64,000 nucleotides of DNA from Scyliorhinus canicula (Eukaryota), in assembly GCF_902713615.1 (NCBI RefSeq), contig NC_052162.1:114880742-114944741 (forward strand), read 5' to 3'. The translations under genes were made by a program, and so were the position numbers. Positions 9,669 through 20,420 of the stretch are shown in pieces; position 1 is the stretch's first letter, and each line of letters begins with the position of its first letter. Below the pieces are notes generated by a model. The model saw only the letters and a list, made by a program, of their open reading frames with translations, searched no databases and had not been told where the DNA came from.

Positions 9669-12600
9669 ATGGCTAATCGGCAGGGGAAGGGGGCGGGTCG
9701 TCCCGCGACCCGGCTGATCACTTGGAACGTGAGGGGGTTGAATGGGCCGGTCAAGAGATCAAGGGTATTCTCACACCTGAAGGGACTGAAGGCTGATGTA
9801 GCAATGTTACAGGAGACCCATTTGAAGATAGTGGACCAGGTTCGCCTGAGAAGGGGGTGGGTGGGACAGGTGTTCCACTCTGGATTGGACGCAAAGAACC
9901 GGGGGGTGGCGATTCTGGTGGGAAAGAGGGTGTCGTTCGTGGCGGAGGAGGTGGTGGCGGATAAGGAGGGTAGGTATGTGATGGTGAAGGGTAAGCTGCA
10001 GGGGGAGAAAGTGGTGATGGTCAACGTATATGCCCCGAACTGGGATGACGCGGGTTTTATGAGGCGCCTATTGGGCCTCATTCCGGGACTGGAGGCAGGG
10101 GGCTTGATCATGGGGGGGGACTTTAACACAGTGCTGGACCCCGGGCTAGACAGATCGAGCTCAAGGACCAATAGGAGGCCGGCAGCGGCAGAAGTGCTGA
10201 GGGGGTACATGGAGCAGATGGGAGGAGTAGACCCATGGAGGTTTGGTAGGCCGAGGGCGAGGGAGTATTCCTTTTTCTCCCACGTCCATAGAGTGTACTC
10301 CAGAATCGATTTCTTCGTGTTGAGCAGGGGGCTGATCCCGAGGGTACGGGAAGCTGAGTACTCGGCCATTGCGATCTCTGATCATGCACCGCATTGGGTG
10401 GATGTGGAAATGGGGGAGGCGCGGGACCAGCGCCCGCTGTGGCGGCTGGATGTGGGGCTGTTAGCGGACGACGAGGTGTGTAAAAGGGTCCGGAAGAGTA
10501 TTGAGAGCTATCTGGACTTGAATGACACGGGTGAGGTGCAGGTGGGGATGGTCTGGGAGGCCCTGAAGGCAGTGATCAGGGGAGAGCTGATCTCCATAAG
10601 GGCGCACAGAGAAAGAAAGGAGAGGCAGGAGAGGGAGAGGCTGGTGGGGGAGCTATTGGAAGTGGATAGGAGATATGCGGAGGCACCAGAGGAGGGGCTG
10701 CTGGGAGAACGGCGCAGCCTGCAGGTCAAGTTCGACCTGCTGACCACCAGGAAGGCAGAGACGCAGTGGAGAAGGGCACAGGGCGCGGTCTATGAGTATG
10801 GGGAAAAGGCGAGCAGGATGCTGGCACACCAGCTTCGCAAACGAGATGCGGCTAGGGAGATTGGGGGAGTGAAGGAGAGGGGCGGGAAGGTAGTGCAGAA
10901 GGGGCAAGAAGTGAACGGGGTCTTCAGGGATTTTTACAAGGAGTTGTATCGGTCTGAGCTGCCGACGAGGAGAGGGGGAATGGAGGACTTCCTAAACAAA
11001 TTGAGGTTCCCAAGGGTCCAGGAGGGGCTGGTAGAAGGGCTGGGGGCGCCAATAGGGCTAGAGGAGCTAGTCAAGGGAATAGGTCAGATGCAAGCGGGGA
11101 AGGCGCCGGGGCCAGATGGGTTCCCGGTGGAATTCTATAAGAAAAATGTGGACTTGGTGGGACCGGTACTGGTACGAGCCTTTAATGAGGCGCGAGAGGG
11201 GGGGGTTCTGCCCCCGACAATGTCGCAGGCTCTGATCTCCCTGATATTGAAGCGGGATAAAGACCCCGTGCAGTGCGGGTCCTACAGGCCTATCTCGCTT
11301 CTGAACGTGGATGCCAAGTTGCTGGCAAAGATCCTGGCAGCTAGAATAGAGGATTGTGTGCCAGGGGTAATCCATGAGGACCAGACGGGGTTCGTGAAGG
11401 GGCGGCAGCTCAACACGAACGTGCGGAGATTGCTGAATGTAATTATGATGCCGGCAGTGGAGGGGGAGGCTGAGATAGTGGTAGCGCTGGACGCGGAGAA
11501 GGCATTCGATAGGGTGGAGTGGGAGTACCTGTGGGAGACGTTGGAACGGTTTGGGTTTGGGGAAGGGTTTATTAAGTGGGTGAAGTTGCTCTACTCGGCC
11601 CCGACGGCGAGTGTAGTGACAAACGGGAGGAGGTCGGAGTATTTCGGGCTCCACCGAGGGACCAGGCAGGGATGTCCCCTATCCCCCCTACTTTTCGCAC
11701 TGGCGATTGAACCGTTGGCGATGGCACTGAGGGGTTCAGGGGGGTGGAGAGGACTGACTAGGGGAGGGGAGGAACATCGAGTATCGCTGTATGCGGATGA
11801 TCTACTGCTGTACGTGGCAGACCCAGAAGGGGGAATGCCGGAGATAATGGAACTATTAGCAGAGTTTGGGGACTTTTCGGGGTACAAACTAAATTTGGGC
11901 AAAAGCGAGGTTTTTGTGATACACCCGGGGGACCAGGGAGAGGGTATTGGGAGACTCCCCTTCAAGCGAGCAGGAAAGAGCTTTAGGTACTTAGGGGTGC
12001 AGGTGGCAAGGAACTGGGGGACCCTGCACAAGTTGAACTTTTCCAGGCTGGTGGAACAGATGGAGGAGGAATTTAAGAGGTGGGACATGGTACCGTTGTC
12101 GCTGGCGGGGAGGGTGCAGTCAATCAAAATGACGGTCCTCCCAAGGTTCTTGTTTTTATTTCAGTGCTTGCCCATCTTCCTCCCTAGGGCCTTCTTCAAA
12201 AAGGTGACGAGTAGCATCATGAGCTACGTGTGGGCGCATGGCACCCCAAGGGTGAGGAGGGTCTTTTTGGAGCGGAGTAGGGACAGTGGAGGGCTGGCAC
12301 TGCCCAATCTCTCGGGGTACTACTGGGCGGCAAATGTGTCAATGGTGCGCAAGTGGATGATGGAAGGGGAGGGGGCAGCTTGGAAACGAATGGAGAGGGC
12401 GTCCTGTGGCAACACAAGCCTGGGGGCCCTAGTAACGGCACCATGGCCGCTCCCCCCCACGAGGTACACCACGAGCCCGGTGGTGGCGGCCACCCTCAAG
12501 ATATGGGGGCAGTGGAGGCGACATAGGGGGGAAATGGGAGGTCTGTTGGCGGCGCCAATAAGAGGGAACCATAGATTCATCCCGGGGAACATCGACGGGG

Positions 12601-13463
12601 GATTTCAGAGCTGGTACAGGGTGGGCATACGGCAGCTGAAGGACCTGTTTATAGAGGGGAGGTTTGCGAGCCTGGGAGGGCTGGAGGAGAAGTTTGAGCT
12701 CCCCCCGGGAAACATGTTCAGATATTTACAAGTGAAGGCATTTGCTAGGCGGCAGGTGGAGGGGTTTCCCCTGCTCCCCAGTAAGGGGGCGAGTGATAGG
12801 GTGCTCTCGGGGGTCTGGGTCGGAGGGGGGAAGATATCAGACATCTACAAGATAATGCAGGAGGCGGAAGCAGCATCAGGGGAGGAGCTGAAAGCCAAGT
12901 GGGAAGGGGAGCTGGGAGAGCAGATAGAAGACGGGACGTGGGCGGATGCACTGGAGAAGGTCAACTCTTCCTCCTCGTGTGCGAGACTGAGCCTCATTCA
13001 ATTTAAGGTGCTGCATAGAGCTCACATGACGGGGACAAGGATGAGCCGGTTCTTTGGGGGTGAGGACAGATGTGTCAGATGTCTGGGAAGCCCAGCGAAC
13101 CATGTGCATATGTTCTGGGCATGTCCAGTGCTGGAAGGGTTCTGGAAGGGGGTGGCAAGGACGGTGTCGAAGGTGGTGGGGTCCAGGGTCAAACCAGGAT
13201 GGGGGCTTGCGATCTTTGGGGTCGGGGTAGAACCGGGAGTACAGGAGGCTAGGGAGGCCGGAATACTGGCCTTTGCGTCCCTAGTGGCTCGACGAAGGAT
13301 ATTAATTCAATGGAAGGACGCGAGGCCTCCAAGCGTTGAAACTTGGATTAACGATATGGCTAGCTATATTCAGCTAGAAAGGATCAAATTTGCCCTGAGA
13401 GGGTCGGTACAGGGATTCGCCAGGCGGTGGCAACCTTTCCTTGACTTTTTAGATCAGAGATAG
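9669..13463 (+). CDS. L1 ORF2p (APE endonuclease, reverse transcriptase, C-terminal Cys-rich domain)
   Basis: TWNVRGLN, LQETH, GGDFN, SRIDFF, SDHAP (EN); QGCPLSP, YADD (RT); CVRC..HMFWAC; no stops over ~1264 codons from ATG 9669. Confidence 0.95.
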   Translation: MANRQGKGAGRPATRLITWNVRGLNGPVKRSRVFSHLKGLKADVAMLQETHLKIVDQVRLRRGWVGQVFHSGLDAKNRGVAILVGKRVSFVAEEVVADKEGRYVMVKGKLQGEKVVMVNVYAPNWDDAGFMRRLLGLIPGLEAGGLIMGGDFNTVLDPGLDRSSSRTNRRPAAAEVLRGYMEQMGGVDPWRFGRPRAREYSFFSHVHRVYSRIDFFVLSRGLIPRVREAEYSAIAISDHAPHWVDVEMGEARDQRPLWRLDVGLLADDEVCKRVRKSIESYLDLNDTGEVQVGMVWEALKAVIRGELISIRAHRERKERQERERLVGELLEVDRRYAEAPEEGLLGERRSLQVKFDLLTTRKAETQWRRAQGAVYEYGEKASRMLAHQLRKRDAAREIGGVKERGGKVVQKGQEVNGVFRDFYKELYRSELPTRRGGMEDFLNKLRFPRVQEGLVEGLGAPIGLEELVKGIGQMQAGKAPGPDGFPVEFYKKNVDLVGPVLVRAFNEAREGGVLPPTMSQALISLILKRDKDPVQCGSYRPISLLNVDAKLLAKILAARIEDCVPGVIHEDQTGFVKGRQLNTNVRRLLNVIMMPAVEGEAEIVVALDAEKAFDRVEWEYLWETLERFGFGEGFIKWVKLLYSAPTASVVTNGRRSEYFGLHRGTRQGCPLSPLLFALAIEPLAMALRGSGGWRGLTRGGEEHRVSLYADDLLLYVADPEGGMPEIMELLAEFGDFSGYKLNLGKSEVFVIHPGDQGEGIGRLPFKRAGKSFRYLGVQVARNWGTLHKLNFSRLVEQMEEEFKRWDMVPLSLAGRVQSIKMTVLPRFLFLFQCLPIFLPRAFFKKVTSSIMSYVWAHGTPRVRRVFLERSRDSGGLALPNLSGYYWAANVSMVRKWMMEGEGAAWKRMERASCGNTSLGALVTAPWPLPPTRYTTSPVVAATLKIWGQWRRHRGEMGGLLAAPIRGNHRFIPGNIDGGFQSWYRVGIRQLKDLFIEGRFASLGGLEEKFELPPGNMFRYLQVKAFARRQVEGFPLLPSKGASDRVLSGVWVGGGKISDIYKIMQEAEAASGEELKAKWEGELGEQIEDGTWADALEKVNSSSSCARLSLIQFKVLHRAHMTGTRMSRFFGGEDRCVRCLGSPANHVHMFWACPVLEGFWKGVARTVSKVVGSRVKPGWGLAIFGVGVEPGVQEAREAGILAFASLVARRRILIQWKDARPPSVETWINDMASYIQLERIKFALRGSVQGFARRWQPFLDFLDQR

Positions 13464-13489
13464 ACGTTCGGGGTCGTGGCAGCAGCAAC

Positions 13490-14090
13490 CCGGGGGGGAG
13501 GGGGGGGGGAGGGGGGGGGAGGGAGGAGGGGGAGGGGGGGGGAAGGAGGGGGGGGGAGGGAGGGAGGAGGGGGGAGGGGGGGGAAGGAGGGGGGGGGAGG
13601 GGGGGGGAGGGGGGGGGGGAGAGGGGGGGGGGAGGGAGGGGGGGGGGAGGGGGGGGGGGAGGGAGGGGGGGGGGAGGGAGGGGAGGGAGGGGGGGGGGGG
13701 GGGAGGGGGGGGAGGGGGGGGGGGAGGGAGGGGGGGGAGGGGGGGGAGGGAGGGGGGGGAGGGGGGGGGGGAGGGAGGGGGGGGAGGGGGGGGGGAGGGA
13801 GGGGGGGGGAGGGGGGGAGGGAGGGGGGGGGGAGGGGGGGGAGGGAGGGGGGGNNNNNNNNNNNNNNNNNNNNNNNNNNNNNNNNNNNNNNNNNNNNNNN
13901 NNNNNNNNNNNNNNNNNNNNNNNNNNNNNNNNNNNNNNNNNNNNNNNNNNNNNNNNNNNNNNNNNNNNNNNNNNNNNNNNNNNNNNNNNNNNNNNNNNNN
14001 NNNNNNNNNNNNNNNNNNNNNNNNNNNNNNNNNNNNNNNNNNNNNNNNNNNNNNNNNNNNNNNNNNNNNNNNNNNNNNNNNNNNGGGGGG
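13490..14090 (+). repeat. G/A polypurine tract in the L1 3' UTR running into an N gap (13854-14083)
   Basis: Only G and A for ~360 bp; true length is unknown because of the gap. Confidence 0.85.
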
Positions 14091-14569
14091 GCAGCAAGGG
14101 TCGTGGGGGGACATGCACGACTGTAACGCGGGCAAGTCTGCTCGCTGCTCATGTCTGAAACTGTAGGCTGCCTTGTTTGTTAAGGTTGCCTGGGGGGGGA
14201 GGGGGGGGGGGGGAGGACTGGTGCGCGCGAGAGGGCGGGCGAGGGAGGGACATTTGCCTAGAGGGATTGTGTTGTAAATAATTTAAAAATTAGTAGGGGT
14301 AAATGTCTGTATGGAAAAACTCTTTCAATAAAAATTATTTAAAAAAAAAAAGATATTTCATTTCCATTTCTGTTTTGAACCCACAAAATCATGCCACCTT
14401 TCCTTGAAGATGGGATATGGTCGTTACATGGTTTATTTCTTTAATTTATTTCGGTGTTTTCATCTGTGAGAAACAATCAGAGTATGAGGACAAGTTGTCT
14501 GAGGTGAACTGGGAAACTGATGGGAAACAGGGAATAGCTAATATTTACGGAATTATAACATATTTACCA

Positions 14570-14750
14570 GGGGGTCAATTTGCTCAGTTGGCTAGACGAC
14601 TGCGTCATGATGCGGAGCGACACCAACAGTGCGGGTTTAACCCCCGTACTGGCTGAGGTCATCCATGAAAGCCCCGCCTTCACAACATTGCCCCTCACCT
14701 GGGGTGTGGTGATCCTCAGGTTAAGTCACCACCAGCCAGCTCTCCATCTC
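14570..14750 (+). mobile_element. tRNA-derived SINE fragment (different family)
   Basis: A-box-like GCTCAGTTGG and B-box-like GGGTTTAACCCC followed by a non-tRNA body. Confidence 0.55.
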
Positions 14751-14759
14751 ATAAAGACA

Positions 14760-15975
14760 TACATAGATACATCGAAAATAGAAGCAGGAGGAATCCATTT
14801 GACCCTTCGAGCCTGCTCTCACATTCATTATGATCTGGGTGATCATCAAGTTCAATACCCTGATCCTGCCTTCTGCCCATATTCCTTCAGCCCCAAGAGC
14901 TATGTCGAACCCCTTCTCGAAATGACACAATGTTTTTGCCTCAACAACTTTGTGTGGTGGTGAATACCACAGATTCACCACTCTCTGGGTGAAGAAATGT
15001 CTCCTCACCTCAGTCCTAGAACATTTCCCCCTTATCCTCAAACTATGACCCCTAGTTCTGGACTCTCCCACCATCAGCAACATTCTTTCTGAATCTACCC
15101 TGCCTAATCCTAATGGAACTTTATCAGTTTCTATGAGATCCCCTCTCACTCTTCTAAACGTCAATGAATTTGATCCTAACCGATTTAGTCTCTCCTCATA
15201 TGACAGTCCAGCCATCCCAGGATTCAGCCTGGTAAACCTTCAGTGCACTCCCTCCACAGCAACAACCTCCTTCCTTAGATAAGGACACCAAAACTGCACA
15301 CAATACTCCAGGTGTGGCCTCACCAATGGCCTATACAACTGCAGAAAAACATCTCTATTCCTATCCTCCAATCCTCTCACTATGACGGCCAACAAACCAT
15401 TTGCCTTCTTTACTGCTTGCTGTACCTGCACACTTACTTTCAGTGACTGATGCCTGAGGACGCCAAAGTCTCGCTGTGTCTCCACCTCTCTCGACTTACA
15501 TCCATTCAAATAATGATCTGCCTTCCTATTTTTGCTACCAAAGTGGATAACCTACCATTTATCCAGGTTATACTGCACCTGCCATGCATTTGCCCACTCA
15601 CCCTACCTGTCCAAATCCCGCTGAGGAATCTCTGCATCCTCCTCACAGCTCACCCTCCCACCCAACTTTGTATCATCTGCAAATTTGGAGATAATACATT
15701 TAGTTCCCTCGTCCAAATCATGAATACATAATGTGAACTGTTGGGGTCTGAGCACAGATCCCTGTGGCACCCCAGTATTCACTGCCTACCAATCAGAAAA
15801 AGTCCCATTTATTCCAACTTTTTGCTTCCTGTCTGCTAACCAGCTTTCTATCCATCGCAAGACACTACCCACAATCCTAAATGCTTTAACTTTACACAGT
15901 AATCTGTGTTGGGAGACCTTGTCGAAAGCCTTCAGAAAGTCTAAATAAACCACATCCATTGGGTCTCCCTGGTCA
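14760..15975 (-). mobile_element. CR1 LINE RT/3' fragment
   Basis: DVVYLDFLKAFDKV, LVRPHLEYCVQFW, RRHFFTQRVVNLW. Confidence 0.9.
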
Positions 15976-16529
15976 AATCTACAAGGTTCCCAGGTTCGAT
16001 CCCGCTTCTGGGTTACTGTCTGTGTGGAGTTAGCACATTCTCCCCATGTTTGCGTGGGTTTCGCCCCCACAACCCAAAAGATGTGCAGGATAGGTGGATT
16101 GGCCATGCTAAATTGCCCCTTAATAAGGAAAAAATGAATTGGGTATTCTAAATTTATTTATTTTAAAAATTCTACCAGTTACATCTCAAAGAATTCTAGT
16201 GGATTTGTCAAGCATGATTTCCCTTTCATAAATTCTTTGGTTCTTCAGCAATGTCGGTTTCTGCGGATTGACCAGAAGTCGCAGTCACATGATCGGGTAG
16301 TATGGATGGCGGTTCATCCTGAGGTAGTTCTAGCACACACGGTGCTGGCACAATGATGGGTGTCACTAACAACTGATCTGTGTCGTCTCCACACTCGCTC
16401 ATCTTCAGTTTGTACAATGGGGCGCAGTGGTTAGCGCTGCTACCTCACAGCACCGAGGACCCGGGTTCGATCCCAGTCCCGGGTCACTGTCCATGTGGAC
16501 TTTGCACTTTCTACCTGTGTCTGCGTGGG

Positions 16530-17440
16530 AGCACAGAGTCTCACTCTATGTGGATGACCTGCTCCACTACATCTCAGACCCATGAAGCCGCATGAAAGAA
16601 ATCATGAAGCTCCTGGGAGAGTTCCAGCCTTCCCGGACTATAAACTCTACCTGCGTAAAGCAAAGATTTCCCAAGCTGGAGGGTGTACCAGTTAAAATAG
16701 CCCAAAATAAATTCCACTACCTCGGTATCCAGATTCCCCATGACGGGACACAGATTCACAAGTGGAGCCTGACCAGTCTGGCACAGGAAGTTAAAAGGAC
16801 CGACTGAGATGGGATGCACTCCCACTGTCCTGGCAGGGAGAGTGCAGACGGTCAAGATGAACATACTACCCAGGTTCCACTTCCTGTTTAGCTCCCCACT
16901 GATTTCCAACCCCACCATCTTTTTCCAATAATTAGATGATTATGGCATTTGTGTGTGTGCGTGTTGGGGGGAGGGGAGGGGGGGGGGGGGGGGGGGTTGG
17001 AGGGGGGGGGGGGTGAAGAATCCAAGAATCCCCAAAACAATACTCCAAAGGAGAAGAAACATGGGAGGCCTTGCCCTCCCGAACTTGCAATACAATCACT
17101 GGGCAGCCACAGTGGAGTAAGGGAATGGGGAAAGGACCCAAACACAGAATGGGTGAAGATGGAGGCGTCCTCATGTACAGGAATGGCCCTCGAGGCCCTC
17201 GAGGGATGGCAATAGGGTGGGGAATCTGGAGTGAAGCACTGAACGGGAACAACTCCACCTCCTCCTACGCAAGGCCTTATGCAGCTGAAAGTGGTGCACA
17301 GAGAACACCTGACGAGAACCAGAATGAGCAGGTTCTTTCCGGAGGTGGAGGACAAATGTGAACGGTGCCAGGGGGCTCAGCCAATCATGCCCACGTGTTC
17401 TGGGCTTGTCCCAGACTTGTCAGGTTCAGGATAAACTTCA
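16530..17440 (+). mobile_element. Degraded L1 ORF2 fragment
   Basis: HRVSLYVDDLL, FHYLGIQI and VQTVKMNILPRF similar to ORF2 at 9669, with frameshifts. Confidence 0.8.
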
Positions 17441-17454
17441 AAATAATCAAAAGG

Positions 17455-17725
17455 GGCGGGGGTGTGTTGGGGTTTGGGGGGTGTTTAGGGAGATGGGGTT
17501 CGGGGTGTTTCGGGAGTTGGGGTTTGGGGGGTGTTTAGGGAGATGGGGTTCGGGGTGTTTAGGGAGTTGGGGTTGGGGGGTGTTTAGGGAGTTGGGGTTT
17601 GGGGGGTGTTTAGGGAGTTGGGGGGTGTTTAGGGAGATGGGGTTCGGGGTGTTTCGGGAGTTGGGGTTTGGGGGGTGTTTAGGGAGTTGGGGGCTGTTTA
17701 GGGAGTTGGGGTTTTGGGGGTTACT
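17455..17725. repeat. G/T-rich minisatellite (~24-bp unit GGGGTGTTTAGGGAG(A/T)TGGGGTT)
   Basis: About 11 imperfect tandem copies. Confidence 0.9.
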
Positions 17726-17839
17726 TCCAGGGTTGGCTTTTGCAAACTGTATCTGCTCTGCACAGATTTGTTTGTTCTGTATTGTATAAAACTTTAATAA
17801 AACATTTTCATAAACATTCTCAACCTTGCCACTCACCTG

Positions 17840-18460
17840 GGCTTGGTTCTCCGTTTTGGAAACTATGTCCCCACGCCGTTGGGAATACTGGTCTTTTACG
17901 CCAGGAAAACTGACGTCAAAAGGCCACAGATTCTCTGTCTTGCTGGGGGTGAGCAGAGAGCTGTCGTCGAGCTCGCAGCTCTAGCTGCTGATACGGCCCC
18001 AGCACTTCCGGGTCAGAGGATGTGCATGTGCACAGTAGCGTCCGCGCCGTACTCCATGGCGGACTCAGCCAGTGGACCTGGACCGACAAAATAGTTCCCC
18101 GCATCGGCTGCCCTCGCGACCCGGATCGCCCACACATTGCCCCCAGCCCCGAATGAAGACCCCCTGCCCGCCGATCGGCCCTCCCCTGACTGCAGTGGCC
18201 GTAGACTGAGTCCAAAGCCGCCTCGCGAGGTTCCCGTACGGCTGGGACCATGAGAGTTCCAGGCTGTCGGGAATTCGGCTGGTCGGGGACAGACCATCGT
18301 GGGGCAGGCCTCAGGCAAAGCCTGAGGCGGTGGATACTCGCCGCAGCGTACTCCACGAGTGCATCAATTTTTGGGGGCGGAGAATTTTAAAACCGACGCC
18401 AGTCCCGAATTCGGCGCCAAAACGGATTCTCCATCCCATCGCCAAATGCGATTTCTGTTA
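17840..18460. repeat. CpG-rich non-coding repeat (MITE-like, ATTCTCC/GGAGAAT motifs)
   Basis: CpG-dense island in AT-rich context with inverted TTCTCC/GGAGAAT motifs; related motifs at 57680-58080. Confidence 0.45.
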
Positions 18461-18649
18461 ATTCTGTCTCAACATCGAAAGCTTCACTTTTCTTTTCTTG
18501 CTTGAAAATAATTTAATCCATTCCACATTGCCAGAATTCTTTTTATTTTGTGTTCTGCACAATCAGGCCAAAAGAATGAAGTTGTAGCTTGTGGGGTTGA
18601 ATGCCGATAACAACGCAGGTTTATTGAAGAAAAAATAATAATAATTATA

Positions 18650-18940
18650 CAATAATCTTTATGTCACAAGTAGGCTTACATTAACACTGCAATGAAGTTA
18701 CTGTGAAAAGTCCCGAGTTGCCACATTCCGCCACCTGTTCAGGTACACAGAGGGAAAATTCAGAATGTCCAAATTACCTAACAGCACGTCTTTCTGGACT
18801 TGTGGGAGGAAACCAGAGCACCCGGAGGAAAACCACACAAACACAGGGAGAACATGCAGACTCCGTACCCACAGTGACCAAGCCAGGAATCGAACCTGGG
18901 ACCCTGGAGCTGTTGACCACTGTACTACCATGCCGCCCGT
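18650..18940 (-). mobile_element. SINE with V-core head and the tail of the 1696-1868 family
   Basis: Head/core as in V-SINEs; tail ATGTGGC.ACT.GGG.CTTTTCACAGTAACTTCATTG shared with 1696-1868 and 47800-47985. Confidence 0.65.
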
Positions 18941-19037
18941 TAACTCAACAAAAGTTTGATTTAGACTGAGGCACAGCCCACGAAGCAGCCAATGACATCA
19001 CGAACGTAACAACACAATAACCCCAAATATATAACAT

Positions 19038-19630
19038 TTATGACTTCATGTGGCTGATCAGTCTGTAGAAGCGTAACTCTCTATGGCTCCTTCTTTGACA
19101 GTAATTCTTGTGGAATTCAGCCTCGCAAGTCTGGCTCCTTTGACAGTAATTTCCTTGGAACTCGGCCTCGGGAGTCTTTAGTACTTGGCCAGAAAGGGAG
19201 ATCTTCGGAATCCCTACTTTTATCCCCAAAGTGACCATTATCTCACGTCAGAGTTGGGCCTGTTGTAACATGACAATTGGTCAATTTGGTCACTAGATTT
19301 ACTGATACCACCTTCTCTCATTATCTTAGACAGGAATATAATAGAACTGTTTCATGCTATCCCTCCATCTGATTCAAACAATCCCTTTTTTATACAGTTT
19401 CAAATGTTGAGGCTAATAAGGGTTTGAAGGTCTCTCTTGCCAGAACATTTATCTTCATTGCACATTCTTTAAAGACACAGCAATTAAGCTTTTACCTTTT
19501 TACAGCAAATAAAACTCAGTCTTTCACTACAATTACTGATTCATTATTAATTCATTAATTGTAACTTGATTAAGGCTCATTACTTATTCAGTCATCTGTT
19601 ACTGACTGGTAGCTAATTAATACAGTAATC
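19038..19630 (-). repeat. Second copy of the LTR-like repeat at 256-1325
   Basis: Near-identical translation in the ORF track (MVTLGIKV..) and nucleotide match. Confidence 0.75.
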
Positions 19631-19959
19631 TTTGATTAATGCAAGATACATTAGTTCAAAGAAATTTGTGGAAGACAATTCCTTTCTTTCTTGTGAACCT
19701 TGATTGGATTGAACTTGAGCCAGACTTTAGCAACATATGATGTCCCATAGCTTTACAAAATTCTGGAACAATGTTAGTTTAAATAATTTCCACAAGTTCA
19801 GCAAGTTTTGGAAACATTTTGGTTGATACAATATTAATTTTAAAAATAAAAGTCGTCACATGTCGGATTTTATCATGGCTTCCTTGACCTTATTACATTT
19901 AACAATGAAGTAGACAGAAGAGTGACTGATATTAAAAACAAAATATAATTTTTTTATAC

Positions 19960-20420
19960 GTTCATTGGGTGTGGGCATTGCTGGTTGTGCCAGCATTTAT
20001 TGCCCATCCCTAATTGCCCTTGAGGGGACAGTTAAGAGTCATTCACATTGCTATGGGTCTGCAATCACATGTAAGCCAGACCAAATAAGGGCAGCAGATG
20101 TCCTTTCCGAAAGAACATTGGTGAACCAGATGGGTCTTTATGACAGTCAACAATGTCATCATTAGACTTTTAATTCCAGATTTTTATTGAATTCAAATGT
20201 CACCATCTGCAGTGCAGGAATTGAACCTGGGTCCCCCAGAGCATTACTCTGGATGTCTGGTCAAGTAGTCCATTGACAATACCGCTATGCCACCCCCTAG
20301 AACTGAGGCATACCTACAGTTTCCGACATTACAACAGTGACTACATCTCAAAAGTACCTCATTGGCTGTAAAAAGCTTTAGGAGAACCTGTGATCATGAA
20401 AGATGCGCTAGAAATGTAAT
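19960..20420. mobile_element. SINE fragments (shark SINE on - strand; DeuSINE tail at ~20320-20420)
   Basis: GCCAGCATTTATTGCCCATCCCTAATTGCCCTTGAG motif; ACATTACAACAGTGACTACA..AAAGTAC tail. Confidence 0.55.

Larger units (their letters stand above)
7904..14349 (+). mobile_element. Full-length L1-clade non-LTR retrotransposon in the ZNF-1 3' UTR
   Basis: 15-bp TSD AAGATATTTCATTTC at 7889-7903 and 14350-14364; 5' end GACTTCCGG; two intact ORFs; AATAAA ~14327 and A-tail; the ZNF 3' UTR resumes after the TSD. Confidence 0.95.

Noticed and set aside
9443-10369. 308-aa antisense ORF within L1 ORF2
   Set aside because: Expected from the biased codon usage of ORF2; no recognisable motifs.
13384-14152. 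Pro-rich and Gly-rich ORFs
   Set aside because: Artefacts of the G/A tract and the N gap.
17455-17725. Interstitial telomere or CRISPR-like array
   Set aside because: TTAGGG is never tandem and there are no unique spacers; it is a simple minisatellite in eukaryotic DNA.
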